DNA from: Eledone cirrhosa
Taxonomy: Eukaryota
Assembly: GCA_964016885.1 (NCBI GenBank)
Contig: OZ024740.1
Span: 130,138,001 to 130,202,000, forward strand
Length of the DNA: 64,000 nucleotides
Reading direction: 5' to 3'
How positions within the stretch are numbered: the stretch's first letter is position 1; every line of letters begins with the position of its first letter. Of the stretch, positions 11,170 to 26,454 are shown piece after piece. The translations under genes and the position numbers were made by a program. The notes below the pieces were generated by a model. The model made no database searches. It saw nothing but the letters and a program-made list of their open reading frames with translations, and was not told the DNA's origin.

Positions 11170-14114
11170 ATTATTTGCACCTTTATTGTTATGTTCTTAT
11201 ATGAAGTCGATGGATTAGCACAGTCGTAACGACTTGGAAACATGAAAATCGAATATGAGTTTATAAGACGAACATACATTTGAAACCCTAGATTTCTTCA
11301 CCCATTTGTAAAGAATGCCCTTGCCAAATAGATTACATCCAGCTTCATAAGATTGAGATATGTTTGGAGGGTAGCAAAATAAAATAGGAGGAGAAAATTA
11401 TACAAACTCTGCCCAACATCAAACCCATCACAGTAACAAGAAAACCAGCAGCAACAACAGACACAGGAACACTACGAACAACACTGCAAACGAATGTATA
11501 TCCCAATCTATCTGTTCCTCCCACCAAAAAAGAACATCCCTGTAAATAACTGAAAAGTAAAATAACATTACCTACACGGAAATTGAAATGAAACAATAAC
11601 TTAATGAACTACATACAGCGACGACTAACATAATGCACACACATTATACCGTTTATACATTTATCGTTCATAACAAAAAGTAAATCGATAAAGCACATCA
11701 GAACATACAGAGCATCCTAAAGATGAAAAGAAAACAAAACAAAACAAAAAAACAGTAGGAATCAGAAGGTTCTAAGTCATGAACAAAGGAATCTACAAGG
11801 ACTTAAGCATGGAAATACCCATATCTAGCACGAATGACTTTTAAGGTAAATAAGGTTTCTCAATTGTCCCGTCATTTATCCGACATGGCCTTAGTGTGAT
11901 TAGAATGTGTGTATGCATGTAGCTTGGTATAACCATGGAAAACAAAAACGGAATATGTGATTCCATTCAGTGAGAACACTATTTTAGAGTCACGAGCTTT
12001 CACTCTTGTCTTTGTGAGTTACAGGTCGTCAGTCATAGGAATACAGAATGACCATTTTATTTTATTAATTTATGTATCTCACGATCTTAAACAAGCTAGT
12101 GAATACAGAAGAAATGTTGGTGCTGTCTCGAGGGCTTTACTTTCTACTGTAAACGTTTATACCACAACAGAAAGTGGACAATAACATTTCTTCAACCGGC
12201 TATTGACCTTCCCATGAACGCCCAGCTCTTTGGAGTCGGAGGTAGATGGGAACACTCTCATACATGCAAATTTTAACTATATGAGGCAACCAGATTCGGG
12301 AGAAACGTCTAAAAGCCTTATATATCTAATAATATATTTCCACCTCTATAACAATTACCGATTGTATTTCCTATCTGTGCCTATGTAGATATTGTCGATA
12401 CACATCGATGCCAACATATCTTATTAAATGGCGGTGGACAATGGGAGTGCAGGCTGTACTCAGTTTAAAGATGTTCCTGCTGTATATAGTGTACCTAAAT
12501 AGGTTCGTTGTTGGGACCTGATTAATGAAATCGGAACGCGTCATTCTCCTGCCTAAAATGTATAGGGCCCGGATTAGAGAACAAGTTAAGCGGGCAATGA
12601 TGGGGCCAGTCTTTAAAGAGAAATATGATTTTCACTGAAAATAGTGATTATATCGTAATGGATATGCTTTTTGTAAGTGAGAAACTATAAAGCCAATTTG
12701 ATTACGGAAATAGCTAGTTCAAAGCTCATGAGACACGTTCAGGAAAGACAACGTAACAAACTTGTTTGCGGCAAGATTGGCCCTTATTGGATGCTTCAAA
12801 ACCACACACAAGATGTCTGTTGTCAGATGGCACGTGATCTAAGTGACGATATAACGGAAGCCGTTCGATGGGCCAGGATGATAGAGGTATGTCATGGGAA
12901 TAAAATTTCATATTTACCTGCAACATGTTAATCAATAGTTCTGAACGATACTAGAAACTACGCCGACTCTCGAATACTGTGCGTAGTGTTACCAACATCC
13001 GTTAATAATCTCTGGAATACGAACTGCGTTAGTTGGTAGCCTGAACAGCAGACCTCTTTGCTTATAAGGTTTGCACCATGTGGTTTAATATCATAAGCCA
13101 ATTTGTATCGCATCTGACAACAGTGCGGGAGAATTCCTTTTTCGGTTAACCGACGGGCAGTAGTGTTGCTACGATTAAACATAATTTTTAGGTTTCTCTG
13201 AGTGAATTAATTTTTCTACTATCAATATTGTACACACCATTTCACGACTAAATTCTTCGGAATATGAATGGTAGACAAACGAAAATAAACACTTCGATGA
13301 ACGATATATAATTCTAATGGTACAGATGATAATATGTTTCGAATAAATTTATTTGGGTATAATCAACAATATAGTCTCAATAATAAGCTGAATAGATGCT
13401 TCGTATTTATATATTAACCTGTGGGAAGGAAACAAGTGACAATGATAATGTAAATATGGAAAATACAATTTTCATTTTATTTGGGTAAGTATATGTAAAA
13501 AAAAACTAACTATGTTTGATTCTTCCGTGGTAATTCCTTTCAAATTGTAATTAGTTATAAAGCAAAATATTTGATCAAGCTTTATTTTAAAACAGTTTGA
13601 ATGATTGTGACAATTTGGAAATATGGAAAACAAGTAATTCTTTCTATATTTGACACAATGATTGCAATTTAAAGGGACGGTTGACGTCGACCAAATCAAA
13701 CCAGTACGTAACTGCTACATTAAAATATCAATCACATAATGATAAAAGGCAACGCTAAACCTAGAGGAGGACAATTGATGCTACCGGCTAAATATAGTCG
13801 AGGTTTCCTCAACAAGGTTCCGTGACTCCGATACTGCAGATTTCGATGTAGGATGGAAATCACAATGTAGGTGTGGTGCCGAAATGACTGCAAAGGCAAG
13901 TGTGCGGACACTCACTAATCCCGGGTGTCAGAATATGTTATGGACTGGATTCCGTTAAGACGGAGGATTTAGGAACATGCATTCTTGGTACAATTATTGG
14001 ATATAGATATACCGCAAAATCTACATAGATACCCATGCGTCATAATTTTATATACAGTATCGGTGTGCATAAATTTGGATGCTCACTTAGTTAATAATGT
14101 AATTGAAACTGGTA

Positions 14115-14115
<1 letters not shown>

Positions 14116-14199
<84 letters not shown>

Positions 14200-14336
14200 T
14201 GTGTATGTCTGTGTGTGTGTGTGAATTTGTATGTGTGTGTATGTATGTATATACAGAAGAAGAAGAAGAAGAAGAAGAAGAAGAAGAAGAAGAAGAAGAA
14301 GAAGAAGAAGAAGAAGAAGAAGAAGAAGAAGAAGAA
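14116..14336. repeat. (TA)n-(TG)n-(GAA)n compound microsatellite
   Basis: Direct inspection; pure GAA run at about 14256-14336. Confidence 0.95.
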
Positions 14337-15639
14337 TTCTGTATTTTAGGTACTTTACAGAGGAAATATTTTGAGAAATATGGATTGCGTTAACAAAGAT
14401 GAATATTTACATTAAGGCTTTCTACATTAGACATTTGGAGTACATCCAAATATATTTCTCTAACATTTCATTTATGGATTTGCAGATTAATAAAGTTAGC
14501 TCTACTCGCAACTACGAGAATTGAGTTGCTTTCACAAGTATACATATCAGCCTGATGATTAAAATGCAGTACATTTTTATCATCTCATATCTACAACTGC
14601 ATTTGAAATCCAAAATTCCAATAAAAATACGATGAGCTTCTGAACAATTTAAGTGGATCTCAGACAATATTCTAATAGTAACTGCGAAACACATAACGAC
14701 CTGCAGAATTTTATCTTGAAATCAGTTATTTCCACAGTTTCATATGGGCTCACATAACACGAGTTTATCAATTACTGTAAGTAATTGATAAACTCGTGTA
14801 ACTTGTAATTGTAACTTGTAATTCTAAAATAAAATGAAATAGCGCAGTTCATCTGGAATACATTTTAAGCGAAACATACAACATTCAGTAAAAGGAAATC
14901 ACTGACGAGATTAAAAATGAATAGCCAATAACCGCATTAAACACGAATGGATGTTAAATCATACTAGTATATTACAATTGTAATAGAATATACAATGTAA
15001 TGAATGACTATTATTGTTTACCAAATATAAATATTTATTTTTAGAACCCGAAACTCGACTGAAGTTATCGGCCTTTCGCAGCGCCCAGCATTTGTCATTG
15101 TGAGACGCGGTAGGCTGTCGAGTTACGGACTGAAGTATGCCACCGTCTCCGTCCTTCCACTCCCAACGAACAGTCAAGCAACATGGTTGGAATCGTTACG
15201 CGCGCTTCTCTCTCGGTCCGTCAAAGATCCAGTTGTGGTTTTGTTACCTTGCGGCACATTTGCTATGCGGTTCCATCGAACAGCTTTGGTTCCCTCGTTT
15301 CGTAGAGCACTCACCTTACCTTTGACAATGCAACCTTTGTGTTTCGCATTGTAGAAATGGACTAATGCCATTCTCGCCGCTAGCAAGTCAGTTGTAATGC
15401 CATTACAAAGTGCCTCGACTTATTTATCTATTAGTACCCCTCCTTTCTATTTTTTCTAACGCTACTTTGCGAAAACCTATCGAAATTACTCTAATCTCTA
15501 TTTTTAAGCTCCCTAATCACCATCTACTGTTGATATCTACTGTCAACTTTTCTTTCATTAAATTGTTTATCCGGTCCCTGTAAGCATTCCGTGCCCTGTC
15601 ATTTTCTATGTCAAGCCTTCGTGCCATCAACGCCATCAA

Positions 15640-16500
15640 ATCAGTTTTGGCCGTTCTTATTAGCACGAGTTGTGTGTTTTGTTCTTGTGTTTGTTGTGGT
15701 TGTTTGCGTTGGGAGGTGTGTGATGTTGGTGTGTGATGTTGGTGGTGTTGATACTGTTCGTGGAGATTCCACTGTTTGTGTACGTGGAGGTTTCCGTCCG
15801 AGTACTGGCATTTGTAGCAACGTAGGCTTCAGGCCCCCTGCACTTTTGAGCTGAGGGCAGAAGGCTTGCAGATGTAGCAGTGTGGCCTTCTGCTGCATGT
15901 GACCAATTATATGATGGCCCCGTCCTCAAGTCCCACATGATCTGGTATGTTTATGATTGCGTCTTGTTTGACTTAGAGGAGAATTTCCAAATCCATAACG
16001 GATCAGTTCTATCTAGACGTGTTTACGTATATGAGGGTAGGTACCTTCGGTAACCTTCTCGATTACCAGTCCTGGTTCGATACTGGGGATTCACACTTGC
16101 GTTTGTTGTTGGTCACTTGCGCTTGTTGTTGTTGCCGTTGCAGTTGGTGGTGTTGATGCATTTGTTGTTGTTTTCGTTGTTGTAATTGGTTTGTGTTGTT
16201 GTTTTTGATTACGTTGTTACTCTTGGAGTTGTTGTTAGCGTTGTTTTCTTTACTTCTTTCATTGTTGTTGTTCGATGTGTCGTTGTTCATGTGGATGGTG
16301 GTGTTGTTGCTATATTCACTGTTAGATTTATGTTTGTAATTACTATTTTGCTGCTCCATAGTTCTGACTGTTGTTGTGTCCCTTCTCTCACCAGGTTTCT
16401 TTCACGAGTGTTCTTTTCTTTTGCGTGGCGTATTGTCCAATTAGAAAGAAAATAGGCAATACAGATAGCAAGTTCAAATATTTGAGCATTTTGGCACAAA
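15640..16500 (-). mobile_element. Possible decayed LTR-retrotransposon gag remnant (zinc-knuckle-like) with CAA-rich low complexity
   Basis: Minus-strand scraps CGT*GRGHH and HCYICK near 15860-15940; flanking sequence is N/Q/T-rich. Confidence 0.3.
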
Positions 16501-19500
16501 TATTCGAAAGTCTCCCATTCGCAGGGCTAAGATAGAACGTTTACTGTTCCTTCATGTTTTCATGTTCTTTAGTCACTTCGGCCACAAACCGCGGTTAATC
16601 CGGCCTGCAATACAGATGAAAGGAAGGCATGTAAAAAGTAGAGTTTGTCCGGCCGCTTCCTCTTCGCACTGGTCACCGTCTAGATCTAGGCGTTCTCAGA
16701 CCATGTACTGCCAAGCTCTTCCGTAAAATCGGATCGTCAGCAGCTCGTTTAAGAGAAAAACGAATGAACACGCTGTTTGTCCCTGTCTATACATACAGTT
16801 GGAGATTTTTCATCATCGAGCAGATCTTTATTCCAGATGGGTTCACTGGTACTGACGATGTTTTCGTACGCATATGCTAATAAACCTAGCTTGTGACACT
16901 TTTGACACTAAATAATGGAGAAGACAAATGCGAGCTCTCAACAGTTCGAACTTCCAAAGCGAAATGTTTCCGAGGTGTCGTATCTAGTTTCCCTACTGAA
17001 CAGATCCAGCTATATATTTATGGTATCCGGTGTGTGAATATCGGTTAGAAGCCGATTGCTCCGAGCAGAGTTGGCATGCGTTATCCAATTTCAACAGCAA
17101 CATCTCAAACACGTTTTATTTCTTAGATTCTCTACAATATTTCACATGATATGGAGGGTGCTCGTGTAAGATTTGTTAGGGATTTGATAGGTTCATGACA
17201 CGAGGACTAACATACTCACGACCAACTTTAGGCAACATTGAACACTGTGTTTAGCCATGCCATTGGCCTAAATTCCTTATCATCTTCGCCTATTAGTTTC
17301 TACACAATAGCTTCATCACCACCTACCTTATTCAATTGGGAATATGTTGCCTGCTGCTATCTGCGATAGACTCTAGTCATGGCAACAGTGGATAAATCTA
17401 TCTAGTAGAAATATACCTCGTAAAGAAGACAATCAAGTTCAAATGATTTGACCCGAACAAAATTAATCGGTGATTTTGGTATTCATCTACCGACATTGGC
17501 ATTTTGAAGCAATCAACTTTACTTCCGAGAGTGGTAGTAAACTGTTAGGCTAGGTGTCTAAAGTCCTCCTCTCTATTTGCCCGATTCTGAAAACTGCATT
17601 TATTGTAAGATACAACGTATCTGCTGCCGTATGTCAGTTTATCAGTCGAGATTTCTGCCACAAGCACCCATCCTGCAACCAATGACTTCTCACGTGCCAT
17701 TCCCCTCCGTTACACATATTTCAGCTTTCACGAGGGGCTTACAATTATGATGCTTACTGCCTGTTTTACAAGACACACTAACTATAAATGAAGCGCTCTT
17801 CGTGCTAGGTTACGTGTTGCTATGAGACAGGATGACATGAAACCCGTATCTAACATTATATGTCGATCAACGGGCACTTACAATTCAATCTGAAACAGTG
17901 TGTACATGCATTACCATGTTATATGTGTAGCTTGCCCTGGAAAATAATATGTACCGTTGCTTTCTGAGGATGTAATTTACTGTCCCATATGTGCAATGTG
18001 AGTTGTATTATTTGACGTGTGTTGTTTGTATGAAATATTTGCTGAAGTATGAACGTTGTGTTGATATATCGGGTCGTGAGGGTTCAGATACCTAATGTTT
18101 GGATTATGTTATATTATTTAGTGAGAGTTGTATAATGTCAGATTTATTGTTATACTTGTGAATTTTGGGTCATTTAATGGCTAGCCATTGTGTTATGATA
18201 TGCATTGTTTGGGTTTAAGTACATTCAATTTCGTGGAGCTTGTGTAATTCACTGACGTATCATGTAGTTTGCAATTACAGGGTGATCTTCTCGAGTGTTT
18301 ATTAAGTAAAATGTGATATATCATGTTTCTCATTCAAACTCATTGTTTTATTTAGGATACATAATATTCTATTTATTTCCACAGTGCTTTCACGTTTGTG
18401 CTCACCTCGTCCTTCTGAAGAATTTTGTATTTTTAATATTTCTCCACATATTCCCAGCTAATAATTTGATCAAATATAATAAAGGTGTCATCCTATTGTG
18501 ATACTTTTCTCGGTTGGTTCTCTTTTATAGAGTAACAAAAACCATTATTAATAATAATAAAATTGAATGATATTATTGGCTTACACATGATATTGTGGAA
18601 ATTCCAAATTTGGTTTATTTTATGCGCAATATAAAATATGGTGCTCTATTTCAAGAAATGCGTATTTTTCCATGAATTTATTACGATTATGCTATATGTT
18701 GGTCAAGAATCATGCATGATGGAAACACATAAATGTGTGAGGACCGTTGTATTAATCCATAACACGTTATGAAATGTAGTAGTTTAATTCCCAACAATCT
18801 TCAGTAACAAATAAAGGTATATCCTACAGGAGACAAACAAAGCTATGTTTTATTTCTATTTACACTATTTTAATAGCCAGGAGTTAGTGTTTATCACTTG
18901 AAAAATAAATTTGCTAGAAAGATTTCAATATTCATTTACATTCTTAATTCCCTTGTTATATCACAAACAGAAACAATATTCAACATATATCTTCACTTGT
19001 GGACAGTCGCCATCATGTCTCTAAACTTTTGTTCAGAACTGTCTCTTGGTATTTGCAATTATCTTTTTCATTGTCACTATTTGTTCGTGTAAGAAACGAC
19101 ACAGTGTCTGATTATTTTATCTTCATTCGACTTATCATCATATTTTCTCCTGTGGTTTAATACAATATGGTGGTGTAAAACTTTAATGTTTTGTATATAA
19201 TCGCAGATATGTTATTTAAAGATATGTTTTCAATTTGCGATCATATTAAATATGTTTCTCTCAGTTTAGTATAAAAAATATGCGTTATATAATATTATAA
19301 TTTTGAAACTAATAACTACGTTCCAAATTGAAAACAGAATAAATGTTTTTAAATGTTCATGCATTCCCACTTTCATAACCATATATTCAGGTATCAGCTG
19401 TTTGGAGATAGATTCCATGATTTTGTAATGAAGGATGCGTGTAGACCCTTCAATACAGAAAGTATGAAGCAACTTACCGGTTTGGTTGTATTCGAGGTAG

Positions 19501-19808
19501 TCAATAGAACTGTAATTTTCACTTGATATCCGTTGTGTGACCATCAAGGATAAATCAATCCAATGTGTGTAACGCAGATTAAATATTTCTTATTGAAAAT
19601 GTTTCCTGACGAGTTGAGTTTTTCACAAAAGAATGAAGATTTACTTTAAAAAACTGCAGTAAGGACGTTCTAAGTAAATAGGTAAAATCGTGTTTGCTCC
19701 ACACTAATAACAGACATATCATTATGATCTGACTAATTCATTCCGATAATCTCCTTCGTCGCGAAAAACTGATATTGTTTGTATTGCCTCCATGTGTTTA
19801 TCCCTATT

Positions 19809-19851
<43 letters not shown>

Positions 19852-21218
19852 GAGGTCAATATCTCACTGAGTACTAAGTACCCATAGAGATATATAGGGT
19901 GTCTATAATATAATTGTTGTTCTATGGTACTAATTCGAGATACCAGAACTATAAAAATTGATGAGCAGAACAAACAAACATTAAACAATCCTTTAAATGA
20001 ATTAAAAAATTATTTAAATATCTACCTGTTCATAATGCTATTACCGGCGGTTTCCATCTACAAAAGATTGGAAATTCAGAGAATTTCCAACGGAAAGTAG
20101 ATTTCATCAGATAGCTATTTCCTTTCTATAGCACATACGTCCCACGGTCCGCAAATGTAATGCCAACTACCAGCTCGTATGAGTATGGCCGTTAAAGTGA
20201 CCCACACGTGAACCTTTTTTCCTCTTTTCTTTTTTCTTTTTAATTTCTAACCTCTCATCTGTAATTTTTCTTCCTAAATACTTCTCAATTCTTATTATTA
20301 CTCACCACAACATTATCCATTCTTCCATCTTTCTTCATATCATTGGCCATAACAATTATTATTATCTGTTTAATACATTATAGTATTACCTTCAATAGTC
20401 CTTCGTAAACGTAAACTTTTTTTGACGTTAGATTTTTCTTCCTTAATTTCCTTATCTTCTTCCTTTCATGCTCGTTTGACTTTTACATATTACAATACAT
20501 AAAAAAAAACTTAAACCCTAACTAATTTCTTTTAATATATTATATTATTACCATTAGAAAATATTTCGTAAACATATATATTTTTTGATGTTAGATATTT
20601 TCTTCCTTAAACATTCTTTTCTTCTTTGCTTTCTGCACTCATTTTTAAACAAACTATTTACGTACATATATTACGCACACATAATACATTACATGAAAAC
20701 AAACTTAAACACTAACTTATTCGTCTAAATTCAAAACTCATCCATTCTTCTACTTCTTTTCACATTAGATCCTAAATAACATTAATATTTTTATTTTAAT
20801 AATACATATTAATAATTTATTTTCCTCGCACATATTATTAAACCCTTCAATATACAAACCTTAATTTCATATTATTCTTAACCCCCTTTTCTCTTCATCA
20901 ACTTTTAATTTCAAATTCTTTTAAATTATCTATTATCTTCCAACGGCTTTTTAACTTCTCTTTGTGAGACAATATATATTTTTCTCAATTGTAAATGCTA
21001 TCTCTCTCTCTCTCTATCACCCATCTCCCCTCCTCTCTCGTCCTTCCTTCTCATACTCCTCCCCCACCATTATTTACTCTCATCTCCTCCTCTTCCATAC
21101 CTTTTCCACCCCCCTCTCTTTTTCCCAATATCACACATCAATCTTAAATTATTTTTCATATGTTGATTTAAAACTTCACTATTCACAAGTGGTTTTTAAG
21201 CTTTATATCATGTATCCC

Positions 21219-21286
21219 TATTTTATTTGATGAAAACGCAGATATCTCATGATGATATTTGTTTTTGAAATGCGCATAATACAATA
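21219..21286 (+). ncRNA. Degenerate type I hammerhead at the end of an old PLE-type 3' UTR
   Basis: tattttat-TTGATGA-aaacgcagatatc..gatatttgttttt-GAAA-TGCGCA-TA-atacaata; palindromic ATGCGCAT at helix III. Confidence 0.6.
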
Positions 21287-21425
21287 TTTGGAACTCTTTT
21301 AACCATCTTTTGATCTTATATTATTTATACTCCAGTCCTACAAACTATAGAGTGCTACTTATCATCGGATATTTGCATTGCTTTATTGTGCTACAATAAA
21401 ACTCACCTCTACACACACACACACA

Positions 21426-21493
<68 letters not shown>

Positions 21494-22394
21494 TATATAA
21501 TGCACAGCACCTTAGGGAGATCGAATATCTACCCCAGACATTTAATCTAGATAGAAAACATGGCTCACATTCGCTATTAAAGGGCCATCCCGCTGTGGAA
21601 TCTTGGAATATTATGGCCTGCACACATGCAAAGTACAGCCACTGTGAAAGACAAAATCATATTAACTTACAGTCGCAGACACCCTAAAGATCTATATGTG
21701 TGACACATCCACGTTCTATTGCACTCATTAGGAATATCTTTTTATAAGCACTTAAAGACAGCTTTTCACAGTTTTACCCTCAATCCTTCTCTCAGGGAAG
21801 TAAACGAACATATTGTTAATATTTTCCAATAACCACGTTTAAATTTAAATATACTCCTAGTTACAATATAGACTGGAATATGAACTAATGTTATATTCAT
21901 CGTTCAATTAACTCTGAATGTATTTGCCATTCTGTGTGTTATATTTTTTAAGTGGATGCGTTGTATATCAACTGCGAATTCAATATATATATACATTTTG
22001 AATTTACCTTTAACGCATAGCATCGAAGCGAATACCGAATATAAATTACCTGCGGGACGTCACAAGTTGTTGTCTACCACCGTCGCCATTACAGTAGTAA
22101 TTACTTGACGTCTACTCTAGATAGACACATAGGCACTCTCTGGCTATAAAAGAGTCTTCCTCCCGAAGAAGCGATGGAGAATAGGGCTGAACTTGCACGG
22201 GGCAACCACTGTGAAATACGAGTTGCAGAAGATCTTATTGGATCAGCCTGTACTCGCAGAAATTGCAGAAATGTCCGTGACATCGATATGCAATCGCCTC
22301 CATTAAGAATAATTTTTGTAAGCACTCAATGACAGTGTTGCTTGGTTATCCCTAAACACATCATTTTATTGAGCGGTTATTTGGAGCAACCAGG

Positions 22395-22544
22395 GCGGTG
22401 GATTGGCAGTATCGGTAGAGAGTCAGACACCTTGATTTGTAGCATAAAGTGCCGTCATTTTACTGGCTGAGTTCATATCCCGCATAGGTTAACTATGCCG
22501 TTCATCCTTACTGAGTCATATATTATCGACTCAGTAAGGATGAA
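22395..22544 (+). mobile_element. tRNA-SINE truncated by a fold-back hairpin
   Basis: Head ggcggtggattggcagtatcgg, then ttcatccttactgagtc..gactcagtaaggatgaa inverted repeat, then (TA)n. Confidence 0.8.
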
Positions 22545-22545
22545 A

Positions 22546-22613
<68 letters not shown>

Positions 22614-23507
22614 ATACATGTCCATCATAACTGTACGTGTGCTTTCTAAAGTCAGCTCGAAAGTGACACAAAGGAGATTAATGTTAGATGGCCATGCTCA
22701 CCGACTTTCGCACCTGACACTGCACTCAATGGTCCTGTCGGAAACCCTACATGGATAGGCTGGAGGGAGAGACGAGGATGATATATCTTGATGCCCTTAG
22801 GTGAGCCACTGGTCTCTGAGAGACACGGGCATAGCAACGATGATGAAGCAAACGGACCACTAGAGAAATCTCGTCCATAGATCTCGGAAATTGTAACCAC
22901 CCTAATGAAAACATATACACACATACACACACATACACACACACTTATATATATATATATATATATATATATACGTATATAAGTATATTTGTGACTGTGT
23001 GTATGAATGCATGTGTGTGTATGTGTGTGTGTGTTTCTGCGGTCATATGTCGCTTTCCTTCCATACATAATCAATCTTATACCTGCGATATATTTTAGCA
23101 ACACTTGAGTTGGTAATAATCTAAATGTATTGCTTGACGTTCATAAATGTTTTCATAAGTACAGACAATACGTATATAGGTTGCCATTATAAGCTAAGTA
23201 ATATACTACGTTACATTTCAGTAACATACTGCCTGTTAACCCGCATATGCCCGGGACTTGTATTTAAGACGATTTAGTAGTAATCTTAAAAACTCCACCA
23301 TACTACTCCTCATAATGCAGAAAAATATATTCCCAATGTAATTCAGTATCACTGTTGAAATTGTATAATCATATTGTTACTTTCTGTTGTGTTGTTGAAT
23401 TTGTAATACGAAAATAGAAAATATATTGAAAATTCAAAATTTCTAAGCATTTATTTATGTATTTATATAATTTTGTGACATTGTGTTTCAATTTGTTGAT
23501 ACTATGC

Positions 23508-23573
<66 letters not shown>

Positions 23574-23592
23574 GTGTGTGTATGTATATGTA

Positions 23593-23630
<38 letters not shown>

Positions 23631-23763
23631 TGGGTGGGTGCATGTGTGCTTATCTACTTTTATATTTATTCTGTTTCCTTTCCTTCTTCCTTTTCCAGCC
23701 TCACTTTCATATAGATTATATTTGTGTTTTTAAAATACACTGTCAATAAATACACCATCATTT

Positions 23764-23824
23764 TTTCATTCTGATTACTGAAAGCAAATGTTGATTGCTT
23801 TCAAGAAACCACTGGTAAATGAAA
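23764..23824 (+). ncRNA. Type I hammerhead in the 5' pLTR of the Hydra-type PLE (G8 mutated)
   Basis: tttcatt-CTGATTA-c TGAAAGCAA..TTGCTTTCA a-GAAA-CCACTGG-TA-aatgaaa. Confidence 0.7.
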
Positions 23825-24026
23825 TAATTATCTTATGTTGTTTATTACATAACTATTAAGCTCTGTAACCTACATAGAGCAATCTTTTTTCCTGGATATT
23901 TCCGACAGAATTACTTCATTTATACAGCTCCAACCGGGAGTGATTGAAGCATATTCTATATTACATATATGATTCCACTTTGCAGACCGATTAGTTGGGC
24001 ACTCTACAGTTTTCAGGAATTTAACC

Positions 24027-26112
24027 ATGGACCTTCAGGAATTGGATTATTCAATCAAAAATATACCTACCCCTTCTAACACAACTTATACCAAACTGCT
24101 TATAGATAAAATCGAACAAATCGTTAAAAGAATGAGATGGAAGGCAATGGCTTACGATGGACTATTCAGTGCTGATACAAATGATTGTTTTGACATAACA
24201 TCCCGTAAATACCCACCTAGAATTAAAGACATGGTCAACTTCGAATTAGACCTTGTTAATTTAATTAGTGATATCAAATTTCGTAAGTACAATAATAATT
24301 TTCAAACTAAACTGTCTAACGATATTTCTAATTTAAAAAATTCTACAAACACTTTTGTTCTTTCTGATAAAACTAAAAATCTCTTTGAAGTTAATAGTAT
24401 TTTGTATAACCAACTTTTAAATAATAGTATCACCAACAAATATCAATTAACTAATAATAACACCTACAATACTATTAATAAAGAAGATAAAGAACTAGCT
24501 AGTTCTTTAAAAATAGACAACCGGATTGAAATCTTAGCTAAACGTAAAGCATATATTACCCTTAAAGACCATAACTTAGACTTTACTAATCGACCTAGCT
24601 GTAGACTGATTAACCCGGCTAAATCCGAAGTTGTCCTTGCAAGTAAAACAATCTTAAGAAAAATAATTCTCTAATTAGAACTAAGACTGACTTATCAGAA
24701 TGGTTAAATACATCCTCTGTTATTTCTTGGTTTAATAGTATACAAGATAAAAATAAATGTAGATTTACCCAATATGATATTGTTGATTTTTAGCCCTCTA
24801 TTACTCTTTCCTTATTAACTAAAGCCTTAGATTTTGCAAGACCCTTCATTAATATTTCTAAATTAGAAGAAGACATTATATTTCATGCTAGGAAAACTCT
24901 ACTCTTTACTAATGAAAGTATTTGGGTTAAAAAGTCAAATCCTGAAAACTTTTTGATGTTGCAATGGTTTCATATGACAGTGCGGATGTGTGTGATTTAG
25001 TAGGAGTAATCCTTCTCCACACCCTTAAAGCGAAATTTCCTTCCCACAATATCGGTTTATACCGTGACAACGGATTGGCCGTTTCTCATACCACCAACGG
25101 CTATAACCTTGTTACATTCCGTAAAGATTTAATCAATACTTTTGCTAATCTTAACCTTAAAATTACTATAGATACGAACCTTACCAATGCTAACTTTCTT
25201 GACATTAATCTTGATCTAATTACTGGCTCTTTTAAACCTTATCATAAACCTAACGAAAATCTTAGATATATACACAAAGAGTCTTGCCATTCCTCTATAG
25301 TTTTAAAAAATCTTATTCCCAACATTAGCCGTCGGATTTCTGCCTTATCTTCGTCTCTAGATATTTTTAACAAAGCCGCCCCTTATTATAATAAACCCTT
25401 AATAACAGCAGCTTTACAGAGCACATTAAATATTTACCTACTCCTCCCCTAAAACTACCCACAATAATAATAATAGGAAAATTATTTGGTTTATTATTCT
25501 CTCTAACTTTCAAAACTAATGTAGGAAGGGAATTCCTTGACCTTTTAGACAAACATTTTCCTCCTAATCATAGATATTATAAGATATTTAATAGAAATGT
25601 AGGTAAAATCAGTTACTCTTGCTGCCCATCAATGAAGTCTAAAATCACCAATTCTAATCGTACGAGAATAAATCCAGGATGCAGTTGCAGGAAGCCAGAA
25701 GAATGCCCATTACATGGCAAATGTAATACCAAATCCGTTGTATATGAGGCCAAAGTGACACCTTTAATTAACAACCAGCCAGCCAGGAGTGAACGATATG
25801 TTGGCATGACTCAGGACAGGTTCAAAACCTGGTTTTAAGCACATGTCGCATCTTTTAAACACTCTGATAAAAGAACAGCAACGGCTCTCGCAAATAAGGT
25901 GTGGGAATTCAAAGATAAAAACATCCTGTACTCTATCGATTGGTCTAATTTAGACCATTCGAGGGATTAACAAAGGGACACAAATAATTGTTCTTTGTGT
26001 ACCACTGAACATTTTAGGAGTCTACAAAACTTGAGAGCCACTTCAACTTGCCTGAACTCCAAGACCGAGATCTTCAGATGTTGTCCTTACCTGAAATCAC
26101 ATATGATCTGTA
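24027..26112 (+). pseudogene. Disrupted PLE RT-endonuclease ORF
   Basis: ORF-track pieces 24027-24674, 24964-25452 and 25632-25838 are collinear parts of one RT/GIY-YIG protein. Confidence 0.85.
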
Positions 26113-26371
26113 ACTAGATTGACATTCCTACGATGACTCAACAACCTTGAACTTCTTCTCTGCTTTCTACGCCTTACATCCACTACGAATTTTATTACTC
26201 TCTGAACTCAATTTATGTACGCTTATATTATTTTTCTCCCTTATCTCCCCTTATATTTAAACTTTTTCCTATGTTATTTATTTTCCTTATTCCCTCCTAC
26301 TTTCTACCTAACCCTTTACATACCCACCTTTTTAATTATAGATATTTATTTATGTGTGTATGTATGTGTTT

Positions 26372-26454
<83 letters not shown>

